The notes under the pieces are model-generated. The model had not been told where the DNA came from and did no database searches. It worked only from the letters and a program-made list of their open reading frames with translations. 64,000 bases of DNA from Hyphomicrobiales bacterium (GTDB lineage: Bacteria > Pseudomonadota > Alphaproteobacteria > Rhizobiales > Xanthobacteraceae), in NCBI GenBank assembly GCA_021730985.1, contig JAKFYI010000029.1:202-64201 (forward strand), in the 5' to 3' direction. The position numbers and the translations under genes are program-made. This document shows, one piece after another, positions 1 through 10,007 of this stretch. The first letter of the stretch is position 1. Each line of letters opens with the position of its first letter.

Positions 1-2
1 AT

Positions 3-545
3 CTGCTCGATCCCTCTCCGCTCGATGTCGAGATCGAAGACATCGCGCATGGGCTCGCCCGCGTCGCGCGGTGGAACGGACAGACCTCCGGCGCGCACAT
101 TTTCTCCGTGGCACAGCACACGCTATTGGTCGAAGCGATGGCGCGGATGCGCACGCCAAGGCTTGATCGCAGGAGACGGCTCGCCGTCCTGCTCCATGAC
201 GCGCCCGAGTACGTGATCGGCGATATGATCTCACCGTTCAAGTCCGTGATCGGCGATGCCTACAAGGGCGTCGAGGCACGGCTGCTCGCGGCCATCCACC
301 TCCGTTTCGGCCTGCCGGTACAGCGCGAGACTGAGCTTGAGGCCCTGATCAAGCAGGCCGACCGGTCGGCCGCCTATCTCGAAGCCACCCGGCTCGCCGG
401 CTTTGCCGCGGCCGAGGCGCAGCGCTTCTTCGGGCCGCCGCCGAAGCTGACGGTGGCGGTCGAACGAGACTACCTGACGCCCTGGCCGGCCGAGGTGGCG
501 GAGGAACGGTTGCGCGAGCGGCTGGTCAGCCTGACCCGCGAGTGA
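3..545 (+). CDS. HD-domain YfbR-like 5'-deoxynucleotidase family protein (5'-truncated by window edge)
   Basis: Frame open from position 3: LLDPSPLDVEIEDIAHGLARVARWNGQT...FSVAQH...LLHDAPEYVIGDMISPFK, typical HD hydrolase motifs. Confidence 0.85.
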   Translation: MLDPSPLDVEIEDIAHGLARVARWNGQTSGAHIFSVAQHTLLVEAMARMRTPRLDRRRRLAVLLHDAPEYVIGDMISPFKSVIGDAYKGVEARLLAAIHLRFGLPVQRETELEALIKQADRSAAYLEATRLAGFAAAEAQRFFGPPPKLTVAVERDYLTPWPAEVAEERLRERLVSLTRE

Positions 546-602
546 CGCTTCCGGAGCGAACGGCGGCGATCTATATCTTTGTTGGGAATTTGGGAAACAC
601 CG

Positions 603-1109
603 ATGATTCACGTCTGCTCGCTGGCGCGCCTGCATAACACGGTCGCCGAAACCGGCGCACGCCACATCGTCACTCTGCTGCGCATCGTCGACCGCGTACA
701 AAGGCCGGCCAGCGTCGATGAAATCAACCATCTCATTCTCGGCATGGACGACATCACCGAGCCGATGGACGGCTACACCCACCCCGGCGAGGAGCATGTC
801 GCCAGCCTGATCAAGTTCAGCCAGGGCTGGGATCGCACGACCCCGATGGTGATCCACTGCTACGCCGGCATCAGCCGCTCGACGGCAGGTGCCTTCGTCG
901 CAGCCTGCGCGCTCAATCCGGGCCGCAGCGAGGCGAAGATCGCGCAGGCGATCCGTGACGGCTCGGCGACCGCCACGCCCAACATGCGCATCGTGACCCT
1001 CGCCGACCGGCTGCTGGAACGGCGCGGTCGCATGATCGGCGCGATCCAGGCCATCGGCACCGGCCGCGCCTCCATCGAGGGCGATCCGTTCCGTCTCGAT
1101 CTGGAGTGA
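603..1109 (+). CDS. Protein-tyrosine-phosphatase-like protein
   Basis: CX5R P-loop VIHCYAGISRS; ATG at 603 (MIHVCSL). Confidence 0.85.
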   Translation: MIHVCSLARLHNTVAETGARHIVTLLRIVDRVQRPASVDEINHLILGMDDITEPMDGYTHPGEEHVASLIKFSQGWDRTTPMVIHCYAGISRSTAGAFVAACALNPGRSEAKIAQAIRDGSATATPNMRIVTLADRLLERRGRMIGAIQAIGTGRASIEGDPFRLDLE

Positions 1110-1111
1110 GG

Positions 1112-2089
1112 ATGGCCGACGCCTCGCACACCTCGATCGAGATCGGACTGACGGCGGCGATTGTCGCGGTGGAGGCGGACGAGCCGCGCATCCTGGTGTC
1201 CGCCGACGCCAAGAACGAGATCCGCGCCGGCCTGCCTTTTGGCACGTTCGACCCGGTGGCGCACCGCACCTTCGAGATCGGATTGCGGGCATGGGTGTCG
1301 GCCCAGACCGCCCTCAATGTGGGCTATGTCGAGCAGCTCTACACATTCGGCGACCGCGGCCGCCATGCGCAGCCGGACGACACGGGCGCGCATGTGGTTT
1401 CGGTCGGCTATCTCGCGCTCACCCAGATGTCCAACAACGCCGCGCTGCGCGCAGCCGGCGCGGGCTTCGAGCCCTGGTACCGCTTCTTCCCCTGGGAGGA
1501 CTGGCGCGACGGCCGTCCTCGTATCCTCGATACCGCGATCGTGCCCTTGCTCGAGCAGTGGACCAAAAGCGGCCGCGACGACCCGGCACGTCCGCCCGGA
1601 CGCAGCGAACGGCTGCGGCACTGCTTCGGCACCGCAGGCTCACCGTGGGACGAGGAGAAGGTGCTCGATCGCTATGAACTGCTCTACGAGGCGGGCCTCG
1701 TCGAAGAGGCGCGCCGCGACGGCCGCCAAGCCATCGTCGCGCCCGGCAAAATCCCGCCGCTCGGCGAGCCGATGCGGTTCGATCACCGGCGGATTCTGGC
1801 GACCGCCATCGCGCGTCTGCGCGCCAAGCTCAAGTATCGTCCCGTTGTGTTCGAACTGATGGGCGCGGAGTTCACGCTGACCGAACTGCAGCGCACCGTC
1901 GAAGCGATCTCCGGCCGGCATCTGCACAAGCAGAACTTCCGCCGGCTGGTCGAAGCGGCGGCGCTGGTCGAGCCGACCGGCGAGACATCGACCGCGACCG
2001 GCGGGCGGCCCGCGGCCGTCTTCCGCTTCCGCCGCGACGTGACGCAAGAGCGGCCGGCGCCAGGACTTCGGGTCGGCGGCCGGAGCTGA
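1112..2089 (+). CDS. nadQ: Nudix-related NAD biosynthesis transcriptional regulator (NadQ/COG4111, NrtR-like)
   Basis: Nudix-like N-domain (EQLYTFGDRGR, VVSVGYLAL) plus C-terminal wHTH (FTLTELQRTVEAISGRHLHKQNFRRLV...GGRPA); matching palindromes found upstream of nadA. Confidence 0.8.
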   Translation: MADASHTSIEIGLTAAIVAVEADEPRILVSADAKNEIRAGLPFGTFDPVAHRTFEIGLRAWVSAQTALNVGYVEQLYTFGDRGRHAQPDDTGAHVVSVGYLALTQMSNNAALRAAGAGFEPWYRFFPWEDWRDGRPRILDTAIVPLLEQWTKSGRDDPARPPGRSERLRHCFGTAGSPWDEEKVLDRYELLYEAGLVEEARRDGRQAIVAPGKIPPLGEPMRFDHRRILATAIARLRAKLKYRPVVFELMGAEFTLTELQRTVEAISGRHLHKQNFRRLVEAAALVEPTGETSTATGGRPAAVFRFRRDVTQERPAPGLRVGGRS

Positions 2090-2199
2090 GCGCGCCGCAA
2101 GGCGGCCACCCGCATGAACCTTATTCCGGTGCATTGCGACCAACCCCGGCATACCGCGCGAGGAAATTGACCTAGAATCGCGCCCTGCCGGGGGCTGCC

Positions 2200-4884
2200 A
2201 TGGAATTCGTTCTGCTTGGGCTGATCGTCCTGTCGTTCCCGATCGTGGCGATCGTTGCGCTGGTCAAGACCATTGGCCTGGGCGACCGCATGCGCCGGGT
2301 GGAATTGCGCTTCGCCGAGCTCGAAAGCCGCATCGCAACCGGTACCGTAGCCGCCGCGCCCGCCACCACCGAACCGCCGCCCGCGTTCGTTGCCGCGCCC
2401 TTTGTAGCGCCCGCCCCACCTCCCGTTGAAACCGAGAAGCAGCCCGAGCCGGTTCCCGAGCCTGAACCGGCAGTCGCAGCAGCCGCCCGGCCATCGGCGC
2501 CGGAGGTCAGCTTCGAGGAGCGCTTCGGCACCCGATGGGTGGTTTGGATCGGCGGCCTCGCGCTTGCGCTCGGCGGCATTTTCCTGGTGCGCTATTCAAT
2601 CGAAGCCGGATTGCTGGGACCGAAGGTCCGCCTGTTCCTGAGCACGCTGCTCGCGGGTGCACTGATTGCCGGCGGCGAATGGGCGCGCCGCCAGGAGAAG
2701 CTGTCCGGCTTCGCCGGCCTGCCGACCGCGCACATTCCCAGCATTTTGACCGCCGCCGGCACCACGATCGCCTACGCCACGGTCTACGCGGCCTACGCGC
2801 TCTATGGATTCCTATCGCCTCCGTTTGCCTTCGTCATTCTCGGCGCGGTCGCGCTGGCCACACTCGCCGCAGCATTGCTGCACGGACCGGCGCTCGCTGC
2901 CCTCGGTCTCGTCGGCGCATACGTGGCGCCGATGCTGGTCGCATCGAGTGAGCCGAGCTACTGGGCGCTCTACGTCTACCTCGCCGTGGTCACCGCTGCC
3001 GCCTACGCGCTGGCAAACTACCGGCTGTGGTTGTGGCTCGCAGTTACGGCACTGGCCTTCAACCTGTTCTGGATGCTGCCGGGGCTTTCGGAGGATGCCG
3101 TCTCCGAGTTGCCCGCGCATGTGTTCAATATGGCTGTCGGCTTCGCGCTTGCCGCGGCCTTCATCGTCGCCGGATTATTCTGGGGCCCGAGCGCCGTGCC
3201 TGGAAAAATCGACGGGCTGTCTTCGGTCGCGGTGCTGGTCTACGTGGCGGCGGCCGCTCTGTTCGTGCTGGCGACGCGCCATCATCCGCTGGCGCTTACC
3301 GCCTTCGCCGCGTTGACCGTGGCGGCGCTGGCCGTTGCATGGCGCGCCGAGTCCGCCGCCGCCGTGGTGCCTGCCGCGGCCGTGCTCGCCGCGATGGTGA
3401 TCGGGCGCTGGGCCTTCGACGTGGAGATCAACCAGTTGACCGCGGAGCCCGGGCGTTCCGGCGGGCCCGCGGTGCCGATGCTGACCGGCACCAGCATGAA
3501 CATGATGATGGGCGCGGGCTTCGCCGTGCTGTTCGGCGCCGCCGGCTTCATGGCGCAAGGCCGTTCGGTCGCGGCAACCGTTCCAATACTCTGGAGCGCG
3601 GCCGGCGTGATCGGTCCGATCCTGATCCTGATCGCGCTCTACTACCGGGTCTCGGGACTGGAGCGTTCGATTCCGTTCGCCGGCGTCGCTCTGCTGATGG
3701 CCGCGCTCTACGGCATCGCCACCGAATTGTTGAACAAGCGCGAGCCCCAGCCCGGCTCGGCTGCCGCCGAAGCCTTGTTTGCGACCGGCGCGGTCGCAGC
3801 GCTTGCGCTCGCCATGACTTTTGCGCTGGAGCGAGGCTGGCTCACGGTTGCCCTCGCCTTGATGGTTCCCGGCATCGCCTGGATCACACAACAACGCCCG
3901 CTGCCGATGCTGCGCACGTTGGCCGCGGCGATCACGGTGCTGGTGGTGCTGCGGATCGGCTGGGATCCCCGCATCGCCGGCGCTGACGTCGGCACCACGC
4001 CGATCTTCAACTGGATCCTGTACGGCTACGGCGTGCCTGCGGCGTCGTTCTGGTACGCAGGCTATCTGATGCGTCAACGTGACGACGACACGCCATCACG
4101 CATGGTGGACTCCGCCGCGATCCTGTTCGCCGTGCTGCTGATGTTCCTGGAAATCCGCCACTTCATGAACGGCGGCGACATCTATCGCCAAACCAGCCGC
4201 CTCGCCGAGCTTGCGTTGCAGGTCTGCACCGGGCTTGCCATGACGTTGGGCCTCGAACACGTCCGCCGCCGCACCGGCAGCGTGGTCCACGACATCGGCG
4301 CCCAGATCGTCGGTGCACTGACGTTCATCGGCATCGTGTTCGGCCTGCTGATCGCCGCCAATCCACTGCACACCCGCGAGCCGGTCGGCGGCATGTTCTT
4401 CAACCTCATCATGCTCGGCTACGGCTTCCCGGCAGTGCTCGCAATCATCCTGGCGCTGACCACGCGCAACCACCGCCCGATGTCATATCGCTGGGTCGCG
4501 GCGGGCACGGCGTTCGTGCTTTCGCTCGCCTATCTCAGCCTTGAGGTGCGGACGCTCTATCACGGGCCCGTGCTGACGGGCGGGGGTACGAGCAACGCGG
4601 AGCAGTACACCTACTCGGCGGTCTGGCTCACCTACGCGATCGTTCTGCTGCTGGCTGGCATCTATCTGCGGTCGCAGCCGGCGCGGCTCGCATCGGCGCT
4701 GGTAACGGCATTGACCATCGGCAAGGTGTTCCTGATCGATATGGCCGACCTGACCGGCGCATGGCGGGCGTTGTCGTTCATTGTCCTCGGGTTGGTTCTG
4801 GTGGGCATCGGCTGGCTGTATCAGCGGCTGCTGTTTCCGCGCCGCCCCACAAACGCAGAGGCCGGCATGACGCCGGCCTCGTGA
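2200..4884 (+). CDS. DUF2339-type large polytopic membrane protein
   Basis: N-terminal TM, Pro/Glu-rich linker, FEERFGTRWVVWIGGLALALGG motif, many TM helices, C-terminal KVFLIDM...RALSFIVLG. Confidence 0.85.
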   Translation: MEFVLLGLIVLSFPIVAIVALVKTIGLGDRMRRVELRFAELESRIATGTVAAAPATTEPPPAFVAAPFVAPAPPPVETEKQPEPVPEPEPAVAAAARPSAPEVSFEERFGTRWVVWIGGLALALGGIFLVRYSIEAGLLGPKVRLFLSTLLAGALIAGGEWARRQEKLSGFAGLPTAHIPSILTAAGTTIAYATVYAAYALYGFLSPPFAFVILGAVALATLAAALLHGPALAALGLVGAYVAPMLVASSEPSYWALYVYLAVVTAAAYALANYRLWLWLAVTALAFNLFWMLPGLSEDAVSELPAHVFNMAVGFALAAAFIVAGLFWGPSAVPGKIDGLSSVAVLVYVAAAALFVLATRHHPLALTAFAALTVAALAVAWRAESAAAVVPAAAVLAAMVIGRWAFDVEINQLTAEPGRSGGPAVPMLTGTSMNMMMGAGFAVLFGAAGFMAQGRSVAATVPILWSAAGVIGPILILIALYYRVSGLERSIPFAGVALLMAALYGIATELLNKREPQPGSAAAEALFATGAVAALALAMTFALERGWLTVALALMVPGIAWITQQRPLPMLRTLAAAITVLVVLRIGWDPRIAGADVGTTPIFNWILYGYGVPAASFWYAGYLMRQRDDDTPSRMVDSAAILFAVLLMFLEIRHFMNGGDIYRQTSRLAELALQVCTGLAMTLGLEHVRRRTGSVVHDIGAQIVGALTFIGIVFGLLIAANPLHTREPVGGMFFNLIMLGYGFPAVLAIILALTTRNHRPMSYRWVAAGTAFVLSLAYLSLEVRTLYHGPVLTGGGTSNAEQYTYSAVWLTYAIVLLLAGIYLRSQPARLASALVTALTIGKVFLIDMADLTGAWRALSFIVLGLVLVGIGWLYQRLLFPRRPTNAEAGMTPAS

Positions 4885-4904
4885 AACTATATTTTCCGAA
4901 CGGA

Positions 4905-5312
4905 TTAGTTCGCGCGGGCCTTGATTTCGCACCAGCGCATGGCGCTGCCGATGCGGTAATGACCGGCATCTTTCTCGGCCACGGGATAGCAGCCGTCGCC
5001 GCCGCCATCGAATTCCTTCCAGGCCAGGCAAATCTCGTGACCGCGCGCGCGGACGGTGGCGCGATCGCGCATGTCGGGCGCATCGTTGCTGGCATTGAAG
5101 CGGCGGTAGGCCACGGTGACCAGGCCGTGGGCGTTGAACACGCCATGGCCTTGCGTGCCATCGACACACTGAATTCGGAACTGCTTGCCCGCCAGCAGGC
5201 GTTGCGCCTCAGCGCCGCTGATCGGACGCTCCGCGAACGCCGGCGATGAAGCGGCGACAACGGCGGAGAGAACAGCGATGGCGGCAAGGACAACGCGGAG
5301 CGGCTTTGGCAT
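4905..5312 (-). CDS. Hypothetical secreted protein (paralog of 5569-6045)
   Basis: GGAG RBS before MPKPL; signal peptide ending PAFA; AGKQFRIQCVDGTQGHG motif. Confidence 0.65.
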   Translation of the reverse strand: MPKPLRVVLAAIAVLSAVVAASSPAFAERPISGAEAQRLLAGKQFRIQCVDGTQGHGVFNAHGLVTVAYRRFNASNDAPDMRDRATVRARGHEICLAWKEFDGGGDGCYPVAEKDAGHYRIGSAMRWCEIKARAN

Positions 5313-5568
5313 AGGGAACTCCATGAACCGAACACGCTTGATTTGATCTCTACTTGATTCAATCTGCATGATCGGCTGTGGGATGCCACGCCAGTTCTGA
5401 TTTCCTGGTTAGCGAACGCAGTAAATACGTGGGCTTGGAACCGATCCGTGTGGCGCCGCCGCTCGGCGTTAACCAAAGAGCAGCGCATCAGCGTCGCGAA
5501 CGAATCGGACTGCCACCCACGACTCGAAAGCGTGGGCGTTGCGACGATGCACTAAAGAATGTGGACGG

Positions 5569-6045
5569 TCAGTCGTCCGCGAAGGCCGAGGCGGAAGCCG
5601 ACGTCGAACGCTGATTGCGAAGCCGTAACGGCGGACTGGACATGTCGGCGCGCGCGCTGCGGCGGCTGAAGTCGCAATAGGCGAAGCCAAAGCCCGAAAC
5701 TGCGCCGCGGAAGCTGACGGTGCTGGTCCTGTTCAGATGGAAGCATGGCTCGAATGGCAGGCCGCTCATGGAGGCGCAATACTGATCGCCCTTCACGCGC
5801 AGCGTTCCCGCGGGCAGCATGACGAACCGCGGCGCCTGCGTGCCGCGGATCGAAATATAGCCGGCCACCGAGCCATCGGCGTTGATGCGGCCCTTGCCGC
5901 TGGTGCCTTCGAAGCACTGGTAAGTGAACTGCTTGCCCGCGATGAAGCGGCGCGCTTCCTCGGCCTTCAAATCGTCGGCGGCGGCTGGTTTGGCGCTCGC
6001 GATGGCGGCCAACACGATGCCCAGACCGACAAGCTTCCCCGACAT
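5569..6045 (-). CDS. Hypothetical secreted protein
   Basis: GGAG/GAGG before MSGKLVG; signal peptide; AGKQFTYQCFEGTSGKG; 4 Cys. Confidence 0.75.
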   Translation of the reverse strand: MSGKLVGLGIVLAAIASAKPAAADDLKAEEARRFIAGKQFTYQCFEGTSGKGRINADGSVAGYISIRGTQAPRFVMLPAGTLRVKGDQYCASMSGLPFEPCFHLNRTSTVSFRGAVSGFGFAYCDFSRRSARADMSSPPLRLRNQRSTSASASAFADD

Positions 6046-6087
6046 GCCCTCACTCCACTTCGTGAACACCACGAACGCCACAGCGCC

Positions 6088-6105
6088 GTTAACGGTTCGG
6101 TTACC
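6088..6105. promoter_or_regulatory. CtrA-like binding site
   Basis: GTTAACGGTTCGGTTACC approximates TTAA-N7-TTAAC; adjacent GANTC at 6110-6114. Confidence 0.45.
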
Positions 6106-6156
6106 ATACGAGTCCCGCCGATCATGGCCCATGATGGTGGACAATTCCTGAACGCC

Positions 6157-7143
6157 CTACCGGACCTTGACGACAATACGCCCCCGGACCCGCCCTTCGA
6201 GAATACTTGCGGCGGTCTCGATGACGTCGGAAAGCCCGATCTGCGTGGTCATCGCTTCGAGTTTGCCGCGATCGAGGTCGGAATCCAAGCGCCGCCACGC
6301 CTCCTGACGCAGTTTTTGCGGGCATTGGACCGAATCGATCCCCAGCAGCGACACCGCCCGCAGGATGAATGGGGCGACGCTCGACGGCAGGTCCATGCCC
6401 CCAGCCAGCCCGCAGGCGGCGACCGCGCCGCCGTATTTCGTCATCGACAGGACGTTGGCGAGCGTCGTGGAACCGATTGAATCGATGCCGCCCGCCCAGC
6501 GCTCTTTCGACAGAGCCTTCGGGGCTCCCGCGAGCTCCGCCCGGTCGATGACGTCTATGGCGCCCAGTTCCTTGAGGTAGGCGGCCTCGTTGGGCCGGCC
6601 CGTCGATGCGATGACCTGGTAGCCGAGCTTCGACAGCAGCGTGACCGCGACCGAACCCACGCCCCCCGCCGCCCCCGTCACCACCACCGGGCCGCTGTCC
6701 GGCTTGAGGCCGTGACGTTCCAGCGCCATCACCGACAGCATCGCGGTGTAACCGGCGGTCCCGACGGCCATGGCTTCGCGTGGCGTCATCCCCTCTGGCA
6801 GCCGCACCAGCCACTGTCCCTTCACGCGCGCCTTCTCGGCGTAGGCACCGAGATGGGTTTCGCCGAGACCCCAGCCGTTGAGGATGACGCGGTCGCCAGG
6901 GTGCCATTCGGGATTGGACGAGGACTCGACCTCACCCGTGAAATCGATGCCGGGGATCATGGGGAAGCGCCGCACCACCGGTGCCCGGCCGGTGATGGCC
7001 AGACCGTCCTTGTAGTTCACCGTCGACCAGTGGATTGCGACCGTGACGTCGCCGTCCATCAAATTGCCTTCGTCGAATTCCGCAAGGCTGACCGACTGCT
7101 CCTTGTCGGCCTTGTCGATGACGATTGCCTTGAATGTTGCCAC
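6157..7143 (-). CDS. acuI: Acryloyl-CoA reductase / YhdH-YhfP family MDR oxidoreductase
   Basis: [48 protein letters not shown]. Confidence 0.85.
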   Translation of the reverse strand: MATFKAIVIDKADKEQSVSLAEFDEGNLMDGDVTVAIHWSTVNYKDGLAITGRAPVVRRFPMIPGIDFTGEVESSSNPEWHPGDRVILNGWGLGETHLGAYAEKARVKGQWLVRLPEGMTPREAMAVGTAGYTAMLSVMALERHGLKPDSGPVVVTGAAGGVGSVAVTLLSKLGYQVIASTGRPNEAAYLKELGAIDVIDRAELAGAPKALSKERWAGGIDSIGSTTLANVLSMTKYGGAVAACGLAGGMDLPSSVAPFILRAVSLLGIDSVQCPQKLRQEAWRRLDSDLDRGKLEAMTTQIGLSDVIETAASILEGRVRGRIVVKVR

Positions 7144-7227
7144 GTTGCCTCCCCGAAGCGTCCCCGCTGCTGACGTGAAGCTAGATCATCTGCGGCGCAA
7201 ACGGCGCAGATTTGTGACCTCGGCGAC

Positions 7228-8454
7228 CTATGCCGAAGCCGCGGCGGCCCGCACGACCGGCTTCTCGACGATCGGCAGATTGATGATCGCAGACAGCACG
7301 CCGGACAAAATTGCAAGCCACCACATCAGGTCATAGGAGCCGGCGCGCTCGAAGGCGATGCCGCCGAGCAGAACGCCAAGAAAGCCGCCGACCTGGTGGC
7401 TGAAGAAGGCAAAGCCCGCCAGCGTGGCCAGCCAGCGCGTTCCGAACATCAACGCTATCAGCCCGGTGGTCGGGGGCACGGTCGAGAGCCAGAAAATACC
7501 CATCGACGCGCCGAACAGGATGCAGGTGAAGGGCGTCACCGGAAACGAGATGAAGGCCAGGATCAGCGCCGACCGGCTGAAGTAGATGATCGATAGCAGA
7601 AAACGCTTCGGGAATATCCCGGAGAGCCAGCCGGATCCCAGCGAGCCCACGATGTTGAACAGGCCGATAGCGGCGATCGTCCAACCGCCGACGTGGGCGG
7701 ACAGCCCCTTGTCGATCAGGTAGGCCGGCATGTGGAGCGTGATGAACTGAAGCTGGAAGCCGCAGGTGAAGTATCCGAGCGTCAGCAGCACATATGAGCG
7801 ATGGCCGAGTGCTTCGGTCAGAGCCTGTCTGAGCGACTGAGTCGGCACGCTGCCTGCCGCCACGGGATCGACGGCACGGCGTGTTGCCAGCGCGATCGCC
7901 AGCGGCATCGCAAACAGCATCAACACGGCGAACACCAGCAGTGTGTTTTGCCAGCCCACCGCATCCATCAGCAGCACGGCGAGTGGGGAAAACAGAAACT
8001 GGCCGAACGAGCCCGCGGCTGTGCCCAGCCCGAACGAGAAGGAGCGGTACTGCTCAGGCAGTATCTTGCCGAAGGCCGCCAGCACCACCGGGAACGAGCA
8101 GCCGGACAGACCGAGCCCGATGCAAACGCCAGCCGAAAGATCGAGCATGCCGGGCGTGGTCGATACCGACATCACCGCGAGGCCAACAGCATAGAGCAAC
8201 GCGCCGACGCACATCACCGGCAAGGTGCCGAACCGGTCGGCCAGCATGCCCGAGAACGGCTGGCCCAATCCCCAAAGGATATTCTGGATCGCGATCGCGA
8301 ATGCGAAGACGTCGCGGCCCCAGCCGTTGAGCGACACCATCGGCGTCATGAAGAAACCGAGCGTCGAACGCGGACCGAATGCAATCACGGCGATCAGGCA
8401 GCCGCAGGTCAGGATGACCGCGGGCGTGCGCCATGTTGAATGCGTCGTGACCAT
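7228..8454 (-). CDS. MFS transporter (tandem paralog 2)
   Basis: About 12 TM; GMLADRFG motif A; GYFTCGFQ, HQVGGFLG. Confidence 0.9.
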   Translation of the reverse strand: MVTTHSTWRTPAVILTCGCLIAVIAFGPRSTLGFFMTPMVSLNGWGRDVFAFAIAIQNILWGLGQPFSGMLADRFGTLPVMCVGALLYAVGLAVMSVSTTPGMLDLSAGVCIGLGLSGCSFPVVLAAFGKILPEQYRSFSFGLGTAAGSFGQFLFSPLAVLLMDAVGWQNTLLVFAVLMLFAMPLAIALATRRAVDPVAAGSVPTQSLRQALTEALGHRSYVLLTLGYFTCGFQLQFITLHMPAYLIDKGLSAHVGGWTIAAIGLFNIVGSLGSGWLSGIFPKRFLLSIIYFSRSALILAFISFPVTPFTCILFGASMGIFWLSTVPPTTGLIALMFGTRWLATLAGFAFFSHQVGGFLGVLLGGIAFERAGSYDLMWWLAILSGVLSAIINLPIVEKPVVRAAAASA

Positions 8455-8473
8455 GCCGAGCTGCGGCCGGTGC

Positions 8474-9712
8474 CTAGGCCGCGGCCGCGGCGGGACGCAG
8501 CACCGGCTTCTCGACAATCGGCAGATTGATGACCGCCGACGCGATGCCGAAGAACACCGACAGCCACCAGACGATGTTGTAGGAGCCGGTCATCTCGAAC
8601 AGCACGCCGCCGAGCCACACGCCGAGGAAACCGCCGACCTGATGGCTGAAGAACGCGAAACCGAACAGCATGGTGAGCCATTTGGTGCCGAACATCAGCG
8701 CGACAAGGCCGGACGTCGGCGGCACGGTAGACAGCCAGAGCAGGCCGGTCACCGCCCCGAATATCAAAGTTGCGGTGGGACTGGCCGGCAGCAGGATGAA
8801 GACCACGATCGACAGTGCCCGGCCGAAGTAGATCGCCGACAGGATGTACCGCTTCGGCATAAAGCCGCCGAGATAGCCCGAGCCGAGCGATCCGATGATA
8901 TTGAACAGGCCGATGATGGCGAGCGTCCAGCCGCCGATCTGGACCGACAACCCGCGATCGACCAGGTAGGACGGCAGGTGCACCGTAACGAACGCGAGCT
9001 GGAAGCCGCAGGTGAAGAAGCCCAGCACGAGCAGCACATAGGAGCGATGCCGGAACGCTTCCGCCAGCGCCTGCGAAACCGATTGCGGCGGCACCGTGGT
9101 GGGCGCGGGAGCTACGCCGCGTGGTGCCATCAGCGTCAGCGACAGCGGCAAAATCAGCAGCAGCAGACAGGAAAACACGACCAGCGTGGTCTGCCAGCCG
9201 TAAGTTTCCATCAGGCCCACGGCGATCGGCGAATACAGGAACTGCCCGAACGAACCGGCCGCGGTGCCCGCGCCGAACGCGAGCGAACGCCAGCTTTCCG
9301 GCACGAGCTTGCCCAGCGCACCGATGATCGCCGGCATGGCGCAGCCGGAGAGCCCGAAGCCGACCAGCACGCCCGCGGAAATGTAGAGCATGCCCGGCGT
9401 GTTCGATTGCGCCATCAGGTAAATGCCGGCCGCATAAAGGATCGCACCCGCGCTGAGCACGCGCGGCGCGCCGTACTTATCGGCGATGGCGCCGGCAAAG
9501 GGCTGGCCGAGACCCCAAAGCAGATTCTGGATCGCCAGCGCCAGGCCGAACACATCGCGGCCCCATCCGTTGGCGCTGCTCAGCGGCGTGAGGAAGAAGC
9601 CGAGCGACGATCGCGGCCCGAAGCTGATAACCGCAATGACGCAGCCACAGGCGATCAGAACCGCCGGCGTCCGCCAGCCCGCCAGCTTTGAGGGCACGGT
9701 CGCAGTCGACAT
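8474..9712 (-). CDS. MFS transporter (tandem paralog 1)
   Basis: About 12 TM; GAIADKYG; GFFTCGFQ; colinear with 7228-8454. Confidence 0.9.
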   Translation of the reverse strand: MSTATVPSKLAGWRTPAVLIACGCVIAVISFGPRSSLGFFLTPLSSANGWGRDVFGLALAIQNLLWGLGQPFAGAIADKYGAPRVLSAGAILYAAGIYLMAQSNTPGMLYISAGVLVGFGLSGCAMPAIIGALGKLVPESWRSLAFGAGTAAGSFGQFLYSPIAVGLMETYGWQTTLVVFSCLLLLILPLSLTLMAPRGVAPAPTTVPPQSVSQALAEAFRHRSYVLLVLGFFTCGFQLAFVTVHLPSYLVDRGLSVQIGGWTLAIIGLFNIIGSLGSGYLGGFMPKRYILSAIYFGRALSIVVFILLPASPTATLIFGAVTGLLWLSTVPPTSGLVALMFGTKWLTMLFGFAFFSHQVGGFLGVWLGGVLFEMTGSYNIVWWLSVFFGIASAVINLPIVEKPVLRPAAAAA

Positions 9713-9872
9713 GGGATGCTCCGGAAAGCGCTGCGCACGGTGACACGCAGGATGGCGAACATAGGGGTTGGCCCTGGGGCGCCAAAGCGAAAGTTCGTGA
9801 TGGCAACGATATGCGAAGCGCATGGCTCGCCAACGCCAGGGGACTGGCGAACCGGTGAGCGGCATGCTATAT

Positions 9873-9893
9873 ATTTGCTCGAAATGAGAATAA
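9873..9893. promoter_or_regulatory. Second, degenerate NadQ-type operator
   Basis: TTGCTCG-AAA-TGAGAAT resembles ATRCTCA-N3-TGAGYAT. Confidence 0.55.
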
Positions 9894-9968
9894 GGAGCCA
9901 GGGCAACCATTCCCGCCCTGGGAATTCAGAACGGACTGCCGGCGCAAGCCGGATGTTTTCGACCCCAA

Positions 9969-9989
9969 ATATGCTCATATTGAGTATAT
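9969..9989. promoter_or_regulatory. NadQ-type operator upstream of nadA
   Basis: AT-ATGCTCA-TAT-TGAGTAT-AT near-perfect palindrome about 20 bp upstream of the nadA start. Confidence 0.8.
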
Positions 9990-10007
9990 TTGCGTTAGGA
10001 GGCCCCG

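Noticed and set aside
5338-5365. TTGAT repeats resembling a FixK/FNR box
   Set aside because: No ATCAA half-site at the required TTGAT-N4-ATCAA spacing
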